From contig NEEC01000021.1 of the NCBI GenBank assembly GCA_002189035.1, forward strand, positions 558,001-622,000: a stretch of 64,000 nt of DNA, given 5' to 3'. Below the pieces are notes generated by a model that was given only the letters and a program-made list of their open reading frames with translations, searched no databases and was not told the origin of the DNA. How positions within the stretch are numbered: the first letter of the stretch is position 1; every line of letters begins with the position of its first letter. Source of the stretch: Utricularia gibba (lineage: Eukaryota > Plantae > Magnoliophyta). This document shows positions 12,316-23,826 of this stretch, in pieces. The position numbers and the translations under genes are program-made.

Positions 12316-14968
12316 TTAGTGAATCTTTGTGGACTCTCCGCTCAGTTCCCTCCGAACAAGTTCGAGGATGTCAACAATCTAGTATCACACATGATATGTT
12401 ACCATAACACACAATGCTCATATAAAAATAGACAACTTCAACGCATGTGGATTGCATCATTCCTTTCCTTACCCCTGGATAATGTTTCAGTACTGGAGAG
12501 TAGTGTTTGAGGGCGATGTATATTTTCTCTAGCAAATGCAACAAAGCATCAACCTGATCTCCTAAAAGGTCAACCTGGAAACCAAATGTTTTGCCAATGT
12601 TCAGAAGCCAAAGTTCGAAAACATGGGAAAATTGAAATTTCAATGCAATAGGTAATTTGTCTTCAGTTATTCCACGAATGTTCTACAAGTATGATTGCAT
12701 CAGTTGTTATTATTACCAAGCTCCTAAAAGGATCTCTAGTTGCAGTGACAACAGAGAGGCTATCTAGCTTGCATAGCTCAAATCATTACCTCGGCCTCAG
12801 CCAGTTGGAGATCAGCGCATCTCCTTTCCAATATCTTCTTGTACATTATCTCAGTTTTTTTGAGTTCACTACGGGCCTTGGACAATGTCTTCAAGTGAAA
12901 GCAAGCGTTCTCAAGCCTGAAATTGAGTATTCGTTATCGAAAACAATGTCATCATAATTTTAGAAGAAAGCAAGATCTCGCGCATGAGTAGTTACCTTTG
13001 CATACTCCTATCCATCTTTGTTAATCCTTGGGATTCAAAATCATCGATCATTACTAAGAATCTATTTGCACCCATCTCTAGCACCTTTTTCAGTGTCTCC
13101 TCCATATTATTTCTCTCATAATTGGTGCGTGCTATCAACATTTTTGCTTGAGCAAGCTCTAAATTGACTCTACTAATTTCTATTTTACCAGCTTCAATCT
13201 GCTTCAGTCCCTCTGAATGCTTAGTTTTTAAAAACTCCAGCACCCTGTTTGTCTCCCTTACCACTGTATGTAGCCTACTTGCATCTTCTCTTATGCTACT
13301 GAGCTCATGAGAAGCTAGTTCAAACTGTTTCCAGTCTTTTTCTAAGGAAATTAACAGATCCTCCAAGTGCAACTCTTTCTTTTCCCATGTTAATCCCAGA
13401 TCAAGTATATCCTGCCTTAGTTTTATCATTTCTTCATATTGGAGTTGTATTTCATGTTCCTTTTCATTGACTTTTGTTTCTAGACGGAAAATAATTTCTC
13501 TATCCATCAGAATCTTCTTGTATAATTCATTGAATTGTCTCTCAGCATCCTTCATTGCTTCTGCAAAAACCAATCCACTGAATTCTTGTACCACCGATGA
13601 TTCAAAGTTTAAAGCTTCAATATCTTGAAGCATATCTTTTTCAGCAGAGGCACACACAGCTTTCTCACATGTATCTGAATTCACTATCTGTTCCTTCAGA
13701 TCAGAGAGTTCCGCTTGAAGACACCTTATGTCATGTTCCTTTTCAGTGAGGCACTCTTTGAGATATTGATTCTCAGAGAGAAGAGTATCCAGATTTTGCT
13801 TGAGCTCTCCTATGCTTTCGAGATTATTTTTTAATGCAGGAAATCTTTCATTTTCCAGAAGAAACTCATCCAACTTCAAGACGAGATCAGTAATCTTCTT
13901 CTTCAGCAGATCATTTGAATCATGTTTGTGTGTCATGAATGACGCCATCTTCAAATATTCTCGTTTGAGACTGTAGTACTGCTCAGTTTTCTGTTCTACT
14001 ATTTTTTCATGATCTCTCTTTATCGTTGTTATTACACCATTAAAATAATCCACCAAATCCTCGCTATTAAAGTGACTCAGCTGCTGATAGTCATAGCTCT
14101 CAGCAACATGAATATATGTTGGGTCCAGTTTACCATTGCCCTGATCCAAATCATGTGATCCATGAGAAAATAAACCTGTTCCAGGGATGGAAAGCGTCTT
14201 CAGAATTTCATCCAATTGAGTGCCCACATGGGATACACCCTTAAATTTTTCAATCCAATCCACATAGTGAACTCCACTAAACAGAGAATTATATTCTTGC
14301 AAGTTTGCTTGAAGCTCCTCCTGATGACCTCTAAGTACAGTTGTTACCACAACATCCTCCACATTAGTCAGGAGGAAACACTCGCTCTGCCACTCATCAT
14401 AGTTCCTATGGACAAAGTCCACAGTCGTTTTCAAGTGTTCTAATTTCTCATCGATGTGGCTGCAGCACTCGCACTCAACTAACTTAGAGCTAGATGTAGA
14501 GTTCTTGCCTGCATCAGATTTCCTCAAAAATGCAATCTCCCTTTGAATCTCATCAAACTGCTGCCTCATTAAGTGATCCAAATATTGTGGGGTTTCCCTT
14601 CCGGTTGGCATCCCCGTCAATGTTGCATCCAAATATTTATCGGAGATCGCTTCATGGGGGTTCAAAAGTTTCTTTGAACTCGCTACTTCAAATTCCCTTG
14701 CTGCAATCTTTTCAGCTGCCAGTTGTTCAACTGCACCAACCATTCCCTTTATAACCGAATCACTGACCATCCGAGAGATCATTAATCGGTCATTGATATC
14801 TTCCAAGTATTCCTCCAAGTTCACCAGAACCTCTTCAGCTATATTACCTCTACCCATGTCACCATCCTCCCGCATCCCCCCATATTCACTACTTTGCTGC
14901 TCAACACAAACCCTATCCTCACCTTCTCTATAAACCCCACAATCAACCAGAACCTCTTGACTCCCCAT
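12316..14968 (-). CDS. WAP: WPP domain-associated protein-like long coiled-coil protein (4 coding exons, plus a 5' UTR intron at ~14990-15150)
   Basis: Family motifs [53 protein letters not shown]|[34 protein letters not shown]|[20 protein letters not shown] (TAA 12316-12318). ATG at 14968 follows a UTR splice acceptor. Confidence 0.9.
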
Positions 14969-16819
14969 CACACTCCTGCAACCTGACACCTAAAAATCGC
15001 CGAAACCCTACGTATGAATAACAATCAAGCTAAAAAAAAAAACCCAAATAAAACAAAAATAAGCTAAAAAACTCCAGAGACTTAAAAAAAAAAAACGTCA
15101 ACGTTGTTGTTTAATCGGCAATCAGCCGCCCAGAACACCAAAAAAATACCTGAATCAGCTACCCAACTTCAAAGTACTCCGAAATTCTAGGGATTTGCAG
15201 CGACTCAGCGTTGGGAGAGAAGTAGATTGAGCATGTGACTACGGGCATACAAAGAAATAACACAAGAACCAGAAATGACCGAATGAGCGGGAGGCGGAGA
15301 TAAACAGATGCAATAACAAAAAAGGGACTTGATTTCGTACCAATTTACAAAAACTGCCATCACCTTCTCTAGGGTTATTGTCTTGGATTTTGAGGGCAAA
15401 ACTGGAAGACGACAACATGATGCTCGGCGTATACTAATTTTGTTGGTATTTGTAAAACAAAGCTGACTACAGCCTTTTGCCATCTTATTTTATTTACCAT
15501 ATAAGACTTCTAAACATCCTTATTTACAAATCTGCCCAAACCTCTTTTTTTTAATAATTTTCCATTATGCGATTATTTAATAAACACTAAAAAAACAGAA
15601 TAGGATATTATTTATTTAGAGGAATGAGAAAAATTCTTTTATATGAAAAATTTCTTTTAGGATGTGCTTGATAAGATAGTTTAATTAATAATCTATTTTA
15701 GTTGTATTTAGATAAACACATATTATATAATTACGAATGAGGTAGATGAACTATTTATATAAAATAATTTTTCTAATTTTGTATGATACTTTTTTTTCAT
15801 AACAAAAAACGTAAAATCGTGAAGATTAAGTGTGTGAAACGAATAATATTATATAAAATAATAGTGAGTCTTTACATATAAATTGAACTATTTAGTAAAA
15901 TCCATCTATAATTTGAGTTTTGAAATATATAATTCATAATATTTTAAACTTTTGTAAAACATTCGTATATTATTAAACATACATTATTATCAATACAAAT
16001 ATTTGGACAATTAAACCAACCTATCAAACATTCTATTAATAATAATTAATTAAATAAAATCAAATGAAATTGCAATGCCTCATTTTGAAATTCCAGAAAT
16101 GTAAATGGAATGGGAGGTGAGCATATAATTATTTTGGTATTTGATAGTGGGGAATATATTTGAAATTTTAATTTAAAAATTTGAAAATTTGAAAAATTTA
16201 TATTTTATTAAAATAATTTAAAATTTTACATAAACAGAACACACCACACGGGAAGGGGGAGTATGCTAGGAAAACGCGAACTCTAGAAGAGATTGGAGGG
16301 TAGAAAATAGGGAAAATTGCGAAGACCCAAGCAAGCTTCTCCGCTTGTCGGAGAACAAGTATGAGAATGTACCCAATCGAAGAGCACTATTAGAAGAAAT
16401 ACAAGGTTGGAAATACCCTGCCTGATTCCCGCTACGGCGCTCCTGAGAGGAAACTGCCAAATGAAGCAGTCACCCAAATTTCTCACCAATCCGACGACGA
16501 AAAACCTTAACAACTAGCAAGAAAAGAAGGGGAAAAGCTCAGCGAATGGGTTTTCTTGCCGAAGACGTCGAAATTCATCGTTCCGGAAGCGGAATGCTGC
16601 CAATTGGAGTGCTGCGCCACCGATTCCGCCAGGAGAGAGCGGCCAAGGAAATGATATTCGCCGGAAAGGAACCGCTACAAGATCTCTGATGGACATCCGT
16701 TAGTGGTGCCATTATTTACAATCCGTTTTTTCAATTTTTATTTTAATATTTAGTCCAATTTTTAGTTTTCGGGATTAAAATATCTATTTATATAGTAAAC
16801 AAAAAAAGTACCAATTTAG

Positions 16820-17590
16820 TTAAATACCTATGTCAGAAAATGTTTTTATTAAAATACCGATTGTTTTAACATTATTATTAAACTATCTGTGTTTACTAAT
16901 TTTTTTTTGTAAAAATACCTACGTTTTTTTCGTTTTTTACATATATTATTTGTTATGAAAATACCTGTTGTTTAGTAAAATCTATTTATTTTACTTTATT
17001 TGTTGTTTTTACAAATTAGTTCTTATTTTTTAATTTTTATCATAGTTAATTATAATGTACTAGATATTAAATATATTTTCAATAAATAAATTTTTGTTTT
17101 AAATATAAATGTATTTATATTTCATAAAGCCATAAATTCAATTGTATATCATAGATATTCATTTTATAATTTTAGTAATCTTGGTTAATTAGATACTAAG
17201 AAAGAAAAAATAATCATGTACTAAATTAAGAATTAAAAAAATTGAAATAAAATTACATCATGTCTTTTTAAGGAATTGGATAGTTTTGTTAATATGACTA
17301 TTCAAAAAAAATATAAAATACCTCCTATTTTTTATTATTACATAAATATATATAGTTTCTTATGTTTTATTAGAATATTTATGTTATTGTTATTTCAAAT
17401 AACATAACCATTAGTTTTATTATTTACACAAGATTGCTATAATTAAATACACATGTAATTTTTTAAAAAATTAAAAGACTTTAATTGAAAATAAATTTTA
17501 AATATTTTCAATTTAATTTTATTAATAAACCTGTAATTTATTGATGCAAATGTATTTGAAAAAATATTTCAAAATTTTATAACATCTCCA
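16820..17590 (+). repeat. MULE left-terminal block, directly repeated at ~22595-23355
   Basis: Shared runs such as aattagttcttatttt...catagttaattataat, ggttaattagata.taagaaa.aaaaaataatcatgtacta and aatgcaaatgtatttga occur in the same order in both copies. Confidence 0.8.
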
Positions 17591-17696
17591 AGTTACCTAA
17601 TTAATTTTGTAACATTTGCAAATTTGTGATATATTAGATTAATATTTAGTTAGTTAAATAGTATACTTCAAAAAATTCATTGTCTATATAGTCTAT

Positions 17697-18082
17697 TTGA
17701 TAAATATTGAACAAATAGTATTCTTTTGTATTTTTTTTTTTGCTAAAAAGCTATATTTTTTTATATATAATATTTAATATAATAAAAGTAACTAATTTTT
17801 ATTTATAAAACATTGAAATATAAACATATATATAGATATAATTGTTATTTCGATTTGATGTTCTTATTTAGTTAACAATTTGAGTTATAGAGTCACCTAA
17901 ATAATACCTCTATTTATGTAGAACATAAAATCGAAATATCATTATATTTATAAATGCTTATATTTCAATTTTTTGTAACTAAAAATTAGCTTTTTTATTA
18001 TATTAAATATGATATACAAAAAGTAATATTGTTTAACCAAAAAATATATATATAAGAATATTATTTGACCAATGTTTACTTA
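17697..18082. repeat. ~390-bp AT-rich fold-back (MITE-like inverted repeat) inside the MULE
   Basis: The arm at 17697-17863 pairs with 17921-18082. For example, atatttaatataataaaagtaactaatttttatttataaaacattgaaatataa matches the reverse complement of ttatatttcaattttttgtaactaaaaattagcttttttattatattaaatat, and tatttcgatttgatgttc matches the reverse complement of gaacataaaatcgaaata. Confidence 0.8.
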
Positions 18083-19109
18083 TATTTTTATTTAAATCAA
18101 TTAATATAATTTAAATAATTAAAACATCAATAATTTGTTTTTGTATATTTAATTCATAAGAATTTATAATTATAAATTTTATATATGTTTTGCTTGTGTA
18201 TTAATGAATATCTATGTAAAATAATACTAATGGTAAATTGTAACATTCAAAAATAATTGCAAAAAACCATGAAACAAATATATTGAATAATATGAGAATA
18301 AATAACAATTATCTTTTAATATTATGATTTATGTATTAACTAAAAGATTGATGCAACATGAAAACATAAATATGAAAATGTAATTATTTATTTAAAATGA
18401 ACACAATTCACTTTGAAATAAAGATCATACACATAATTTCATCTTTTTCTTGCTGGAAGCAAGTTATGAATAAGTCTACCAACCAATGATTTTGATTTGC
18501 TTCTTTGTTATCTTGGCTGGGGTATATCCATTGATAAGAAGGATTTTTGCGATGATTGAAGATATGAAATTGAATACCTTGGAGCTATATATGCTGAATT
18601 TTCATCTGGATTTCAAGAGTTTACTTCATACGATGAGTGTTTTAACCTTGAATTTGATGCAATGGTCAATTGTGGAGACAACAAAGTTGAATCTTTTATT
18701 GATGGTGGCTCTGGTGTAGAAGAGACATCAAATAGTTCATCTAGTGTGGATATACTAAAGTTAGTATCAATAAAATTTGGATCTTCCATTTGTTTGCTAA
18801 TGATTATGATGTCTTCCTCTTCTTTGAAAATCAATTGTGCTCTTCAATCATGTTTTTTGGGTTAGTCCTCTTTTCTTTACCCTGCGTCGTGATGGATCAA
18901 CTAATAGCTGAAAAGGTGCTGTTCCCCATTTCCTCTTATCTTGAACAGGATGAATCTGACTATTATATGTATTAACAAGATAATGAGATCGATAATAGTC
19001 ACTTACTTTGTCTTTTGGGTTCACTCAAAAGTGATGACAAGCCTACAAAAAAATGATAATTAGTTGTAAAATCGTAATAATGTAACATATATATTTCATT
19101 TTAGTTTAC

Positions 19110-20720
19110 CTTTTGAACATGACAACAAGGGTAGCAGTCATATTGCCAAACTCCACAATCACAAACTTGTTTTTTTACATTAACCTTACAAGAATCTATC
19201 TCATCTCTTGTCTTCAATGTTTCCATCTCTTACTCAAATGAATTGTACACAGTACAATTGAGTGGAGTTAGTAATATGAATGCTGCATCATACTTATTTT
19301 GAATTTGTTCCCTAAATGAGATTCATTTCGCTACTATAGCATTGGCGGCTACCCTGTATCGCTCGAAATATTCTTTACCTTTTTCAAAGGTAACCTAAAT
19401 GTAATATATTAGTATTACAATCTACATGTGGTTAAACTATGGAAAATAGTATTACCTTTGTAATTTCCATTGGTGGCAACCGACGAGTTTTACGCAATGC
19501 ACTGTTGAGCGCGTCTACATGATTTGTAGTCATGATAGTATGCGTGTTTTCAATTGTTGAATAAAACTTATACTCCATAAGAAAACTAAATAGAAGAACA
19601 TAAATGTAACTTACCGATGCCCAACATCATATAATAAAGTCCACTAATTTAATGGGGGATTACTTTCATATACTCAAATGCCTTCAAATTTTCACTCTTT
19701 AATGCTTTTATAGCATCTTCAAAATCTATTCGTGTTCTTGCATATGATGCTCTTCGAATGATCTCGCTTAAATCTTTTCTTTTGCATCCAACATGAGCCA
19801 CGCAATTTTTCCGTATATGAAATGTGCAAAATCTGTGTATTTCATGGGGTGGTGAAAAATGCTTATAGAGCTTATAAGCTGTTAATTGTCCTGATCCCTG
19901 ATTACTAATTAGATATACTCCTTACCTCCCACGTATCACATATATATTTAATTGTTTCATAAAAAATGTCCAATCTTCCCCTCCTTCACTTGTACAAAAG
20001 CGTATACGATTGAGCATACACAATTATTAGCATCAATTGCAACAATAGCTAACAACTTGTAATTATAGCAACCATATAAATGTGTAGTATCAATGCATAA
20101 TACTAGTCTACAATGAGAGAAAGCATCAATAGTGAATCTAAATGCCAAAAATACTCTACGAAATATATAATTTTCATTCTCGTCTGCCCCAGCGTGATCC
20201 CATGTCACTATTGTTCCAAGATTCGTTCGACAAACCTCCTCTAGATAACTTGAAAGTTTAGATAATGAGTTCTCTCATGTTCTATATCGTAGCTCATATG
20301 CTTTATACAAACTTGACCAAACTTACTAATATGGAATATCATACCCTTAATGTTCTTTTGCTATTGCAATAACATCCTTTCCTGTTAATTTTCCATGCAG
20401 ATGATTCATCAATTTAGGGACAATTCTCAGCTTTTTTAAATTGCAGTGAAATGTTGCAAGATTTGATGTGACTTTACAAGTATGATGCTCTATCAAGTCT
20501 TCTTCATAGCTTTTCAAGTCTTTGATCGATGTTGAAATTCAACGTTGCAATAATAAGGATAATCAAAATGTTACTTGTATTTTTACCAACACATCACACG
20601 ATACTGGGCTTTATCATTGTGTATCACATAGTATTTCATTTGAGCAATAGTGATATTATAATGTGCTATAACATTTATGACCTCCTGTCTCTTCGTAAAA
20701 TGCATCCCAACTTGTAGTTG
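19110..20720 (-). pseudogene. MuDRA-type transposase remnant (MULE domain plus SWIM zinc finger), with multiple stops
   Basis: RVFLAFRFTIDAFSHCRLVLCIDTTHLYGCYNYKLLAIVAIDANNCVCSIVYAFV (ORF 19957-20208) matches the MULE transposase core. SWIM-like CKVNVKKQVCDCGVWQYDCYPCCH lies at ~19115-19195. Confidence 0.85.
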
Positions 20721-22319
20721 TTGATGATTTCTACGATAATAATTAAGTTGAGGCCCTGAGTCATTGGCATCAGCAAAATAATATTCAATCTTTGTATTAT
20801 TTTCATCTCATGCTACAGTATGTTGTTTGTCTTCTTCAAGTAGTGGTTCGTCAGGAAATTCAACCTCTTCATCTGTATAAACAATATCCGATACATGATC
20901 TTGTTCTTCAACATAACATGCATTTTCATAAACACCACCTCTATTTTCATCATAGAAATAATTAGGTTCGCTATAATGTGTATCTAATCAATTTAGATTT
21001 ATAAATATTAATGAAAGATTCAAGAACTTAAATTAATAAATATTTAACTTATGTAATCTCAAAAAAATATAATATAAGTGATTACATAAATTCAAAAATA
21101 AATAAATGAACAATGAGATAATTTTAATAAATAAAAAATATTCAATTAAATGAACATGAAAAATCTACTAAATAATTTAATTGGTAATAATTTAAACTTG
21201 CATATTTAATAGAATATGTAACAAAATTATTGAAATAGTATATCGAAATGTTGGTAGCTTGTATCATCAGTATTCTATGTATAATTGTTGTTTTTCTCGA
21301 ATGCATATGAAGGATTTGTAAATACGCCGACAAAATCATGAAATATAGGATATTGTGTGAATCTTTTGCATGAATATCATAAAATTAATTGGAAGATTAC
21401 TCACCTGTGTGGCTTGTAGTGGCTTCATCATCCTTCGATTTTTTTGAAATATATAAGTCAACATCAAAAGATGAGTTATTTGGATTAAATATATACCGAA
21501 TTTTCAATAAATCATCGATTATAGCTTCATTCATCATACCAGCTATCAATGAACTTGGCTCTAAATTCATAGTTATTTGGATAAATAACAATATCAATAT
21601 CATCTCCAATAATTTCTAACAATTTTTTGAATGATATAGAATCCTTCACTTCAATAAAAACTACATGAATTTATATCATTAGTATCTTTTAAAATTTGAC
21701 CACCATAATACAATTTCAAACAAACTTTAACAATGAAGAGAAATGAAAAATAAGAATTGTTGAAAAATACTTGTTTGTTATCATTGATTTATTATCATTC
21801 TTTTATAGAAATTTTTTTAGATATTTTCATACTTTTTGATTCATTTTACACCACATATTAAAATATTAACAATATTTGTGCTTATAAATCAACAACATTT
21901 TGATTTATTTAGACATTTTGAGTCCAAATGTTTTTTAGCCACAAATTTTTGTTTTTAAAAAATATAACTTTTAATAATACGAATTTTTATATTATTGATA
22001 TTCAATAAGTATAAATATGATCAAATTTAGATTGATAATTCTTTATTATTGATACTAAATTAGGTTTATCTTAAAGTTTATGATATAGTTATAATATTAA
22101 ATTTTTGATTCATTTTGTATAGATTCATTATTATTAAAAGACTTAGAGTTTTGTTTAAATTGAAATATTTTAATTGAAAGCAAATTTAAAATATTTTTAG
22201 TAATTTTGTATTTAATTCATAAAAAATTTAAAATTTTACTAAATATTATAATTATATATTTATGTTTGTTTTTTGTTTATTAAAAAATGTATTAAATTGT
22301 AATATTGTAATATTACGAA

Positions 22320-22590
22320 ATTTGTGCTACATTGACTTCATTGTTTATTGGATTTGATAGTATTTGATTTATAAAAATGTTTTGAATATGAATAATTTTT
22401 ATCTTATTAAAATATAAAATTTTTAAAAATTTAACTTCTTTATTGTATTGGTACATAAATATTATCACATTGAGAAAAACAATTGTTTAACAGTAATCTC
22501 AATTCATGATTTATATTATAATTGTTGATATTTGTTTTTTAATCATTATTTTTCTTTGTCAATAAAGTTAATCTATTTCAGTATTTTTTT
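22320..22590 (+). repeat. MULE right-subterminal block, directly repeated at ~23340-23590
   Basis: Both copies contain tttgatttataaaa, aataatttttatc.tattaaaatataaa and tcaattcatgatttatattataatt. Confidence 0.7.
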
Positions 22591-23826
22591 TTGTTAACCT
22601 GTGTCAAAAATTTTTTTTATGAAAATACATATTATTTTGTTATTATTATTAAACTACTTGTATTTTTTCTTTTTTTATATAAATTATTTATTATTAAAAT
22701 ACATGCAGTTTAGTAGTATTGAATTATTTTACCTAATTTGTTGTTTTCAATAATTAGTTCTTATTTTTCTATTTGCATCATAGTTAATTATAATATATAT
22801 TTTACTATATATTAAATTTATTTTCCGTAAATAAATTTTTGCAAAAAATATGAATGTATTTGTATTCTATAAATCCATAAATCTACTTGTACATTATAGA
22901 TAATGATTTTATGATTTTTTGGTTAATTAGATATTAGGAAATAAAAAATAATCATGTACTACATTATGGAATAAGAAAAAATTGGAATAAAATTACACAA
23001 ATTTTCTCTAATAGTATGGCATTGGACGATTTTGTTAATATAACTGTGTAAGATAAAAAAATTATCAAAATGTCTAATATTTTTTGTATCACTACACAAA
23101 TATATTTAATTTATTATTTTTTTGTTATTTTATGAGAATACTTATGTTATTTTTATTTCAAATAACAAATACATGTTTTGTTATTAACTTTTTGACATAA
23201 CACTGTTATAATTAAATAAAATTGTAGTTTTAAAAAAATCGAAAGATTTTAATTGAAAACGAATTTTAAACAGTTTCAATTTAATTTTATTAAGAAACCT
23301 ATAATTTTTTAATGCAAATGTATTTGACGAAATATTTCGAAATTTTGTGACATATTGAATTAGATGTTTATTAGATTTAAAAATATTTTGATTTATAAAA
23401 GATTATTGAATGTAAATAATTTTTATCATATTAAAATATAAAGATTTTAAAAATTTAATTTATTTGTTGTACTTGAGAAAATCAAATCTTTTTTATTAAT
23501 GTCAATTCATGATTTATATTATAATTCTATATTTTGAGTGTTTAATTATAATTTTTTCTTTTTCAATAAAATTAATATGTTTCAATATTTTTTTATAGTA
23601 ATAATTCATAAATTAATATATTTTAATGTATCATATCATATATTTTAACAAAATAAAAACAACAGGTATTACAATAATATATTTAAAATAACGGGTATTT
23701 CTATAATAATAAAATCAATAATAGGTAGTTTAATGAATAAAAAAAACAACATGCATTTTAACAAAAAACTTTTATGACACAAGCATTTCATTAAATTTCT
23801 GCAAAAAAAAGACCACAGGGGGTGAG

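Larger units (their letters stand above)
16809..23801. mobile_element. Decayed Mutator-like (MULE) DNA transposon, ~7.0 kb
   Basis: Degenerate long TIRs: left aatttagttaaatacctatgtcagaaaatgtttttattaaaatac; right (reverse complement) aatttaatgaaatgcttgtgtcataaaagttttttgttaaaatgc. Candidate 9-bp TSD caaaaaaag (16800-16808) and caaaaaaaa(g) (23802-23811). Internal transposase remnants. Boundaries are approximate. Confidence 0.7.

Noticed and set aside
15205-15483. 92-aa minus-strand ORF upstream of WAP
   Set aside because: Overlaps the WAP promoter and 5' UTR exon; no family similarity.
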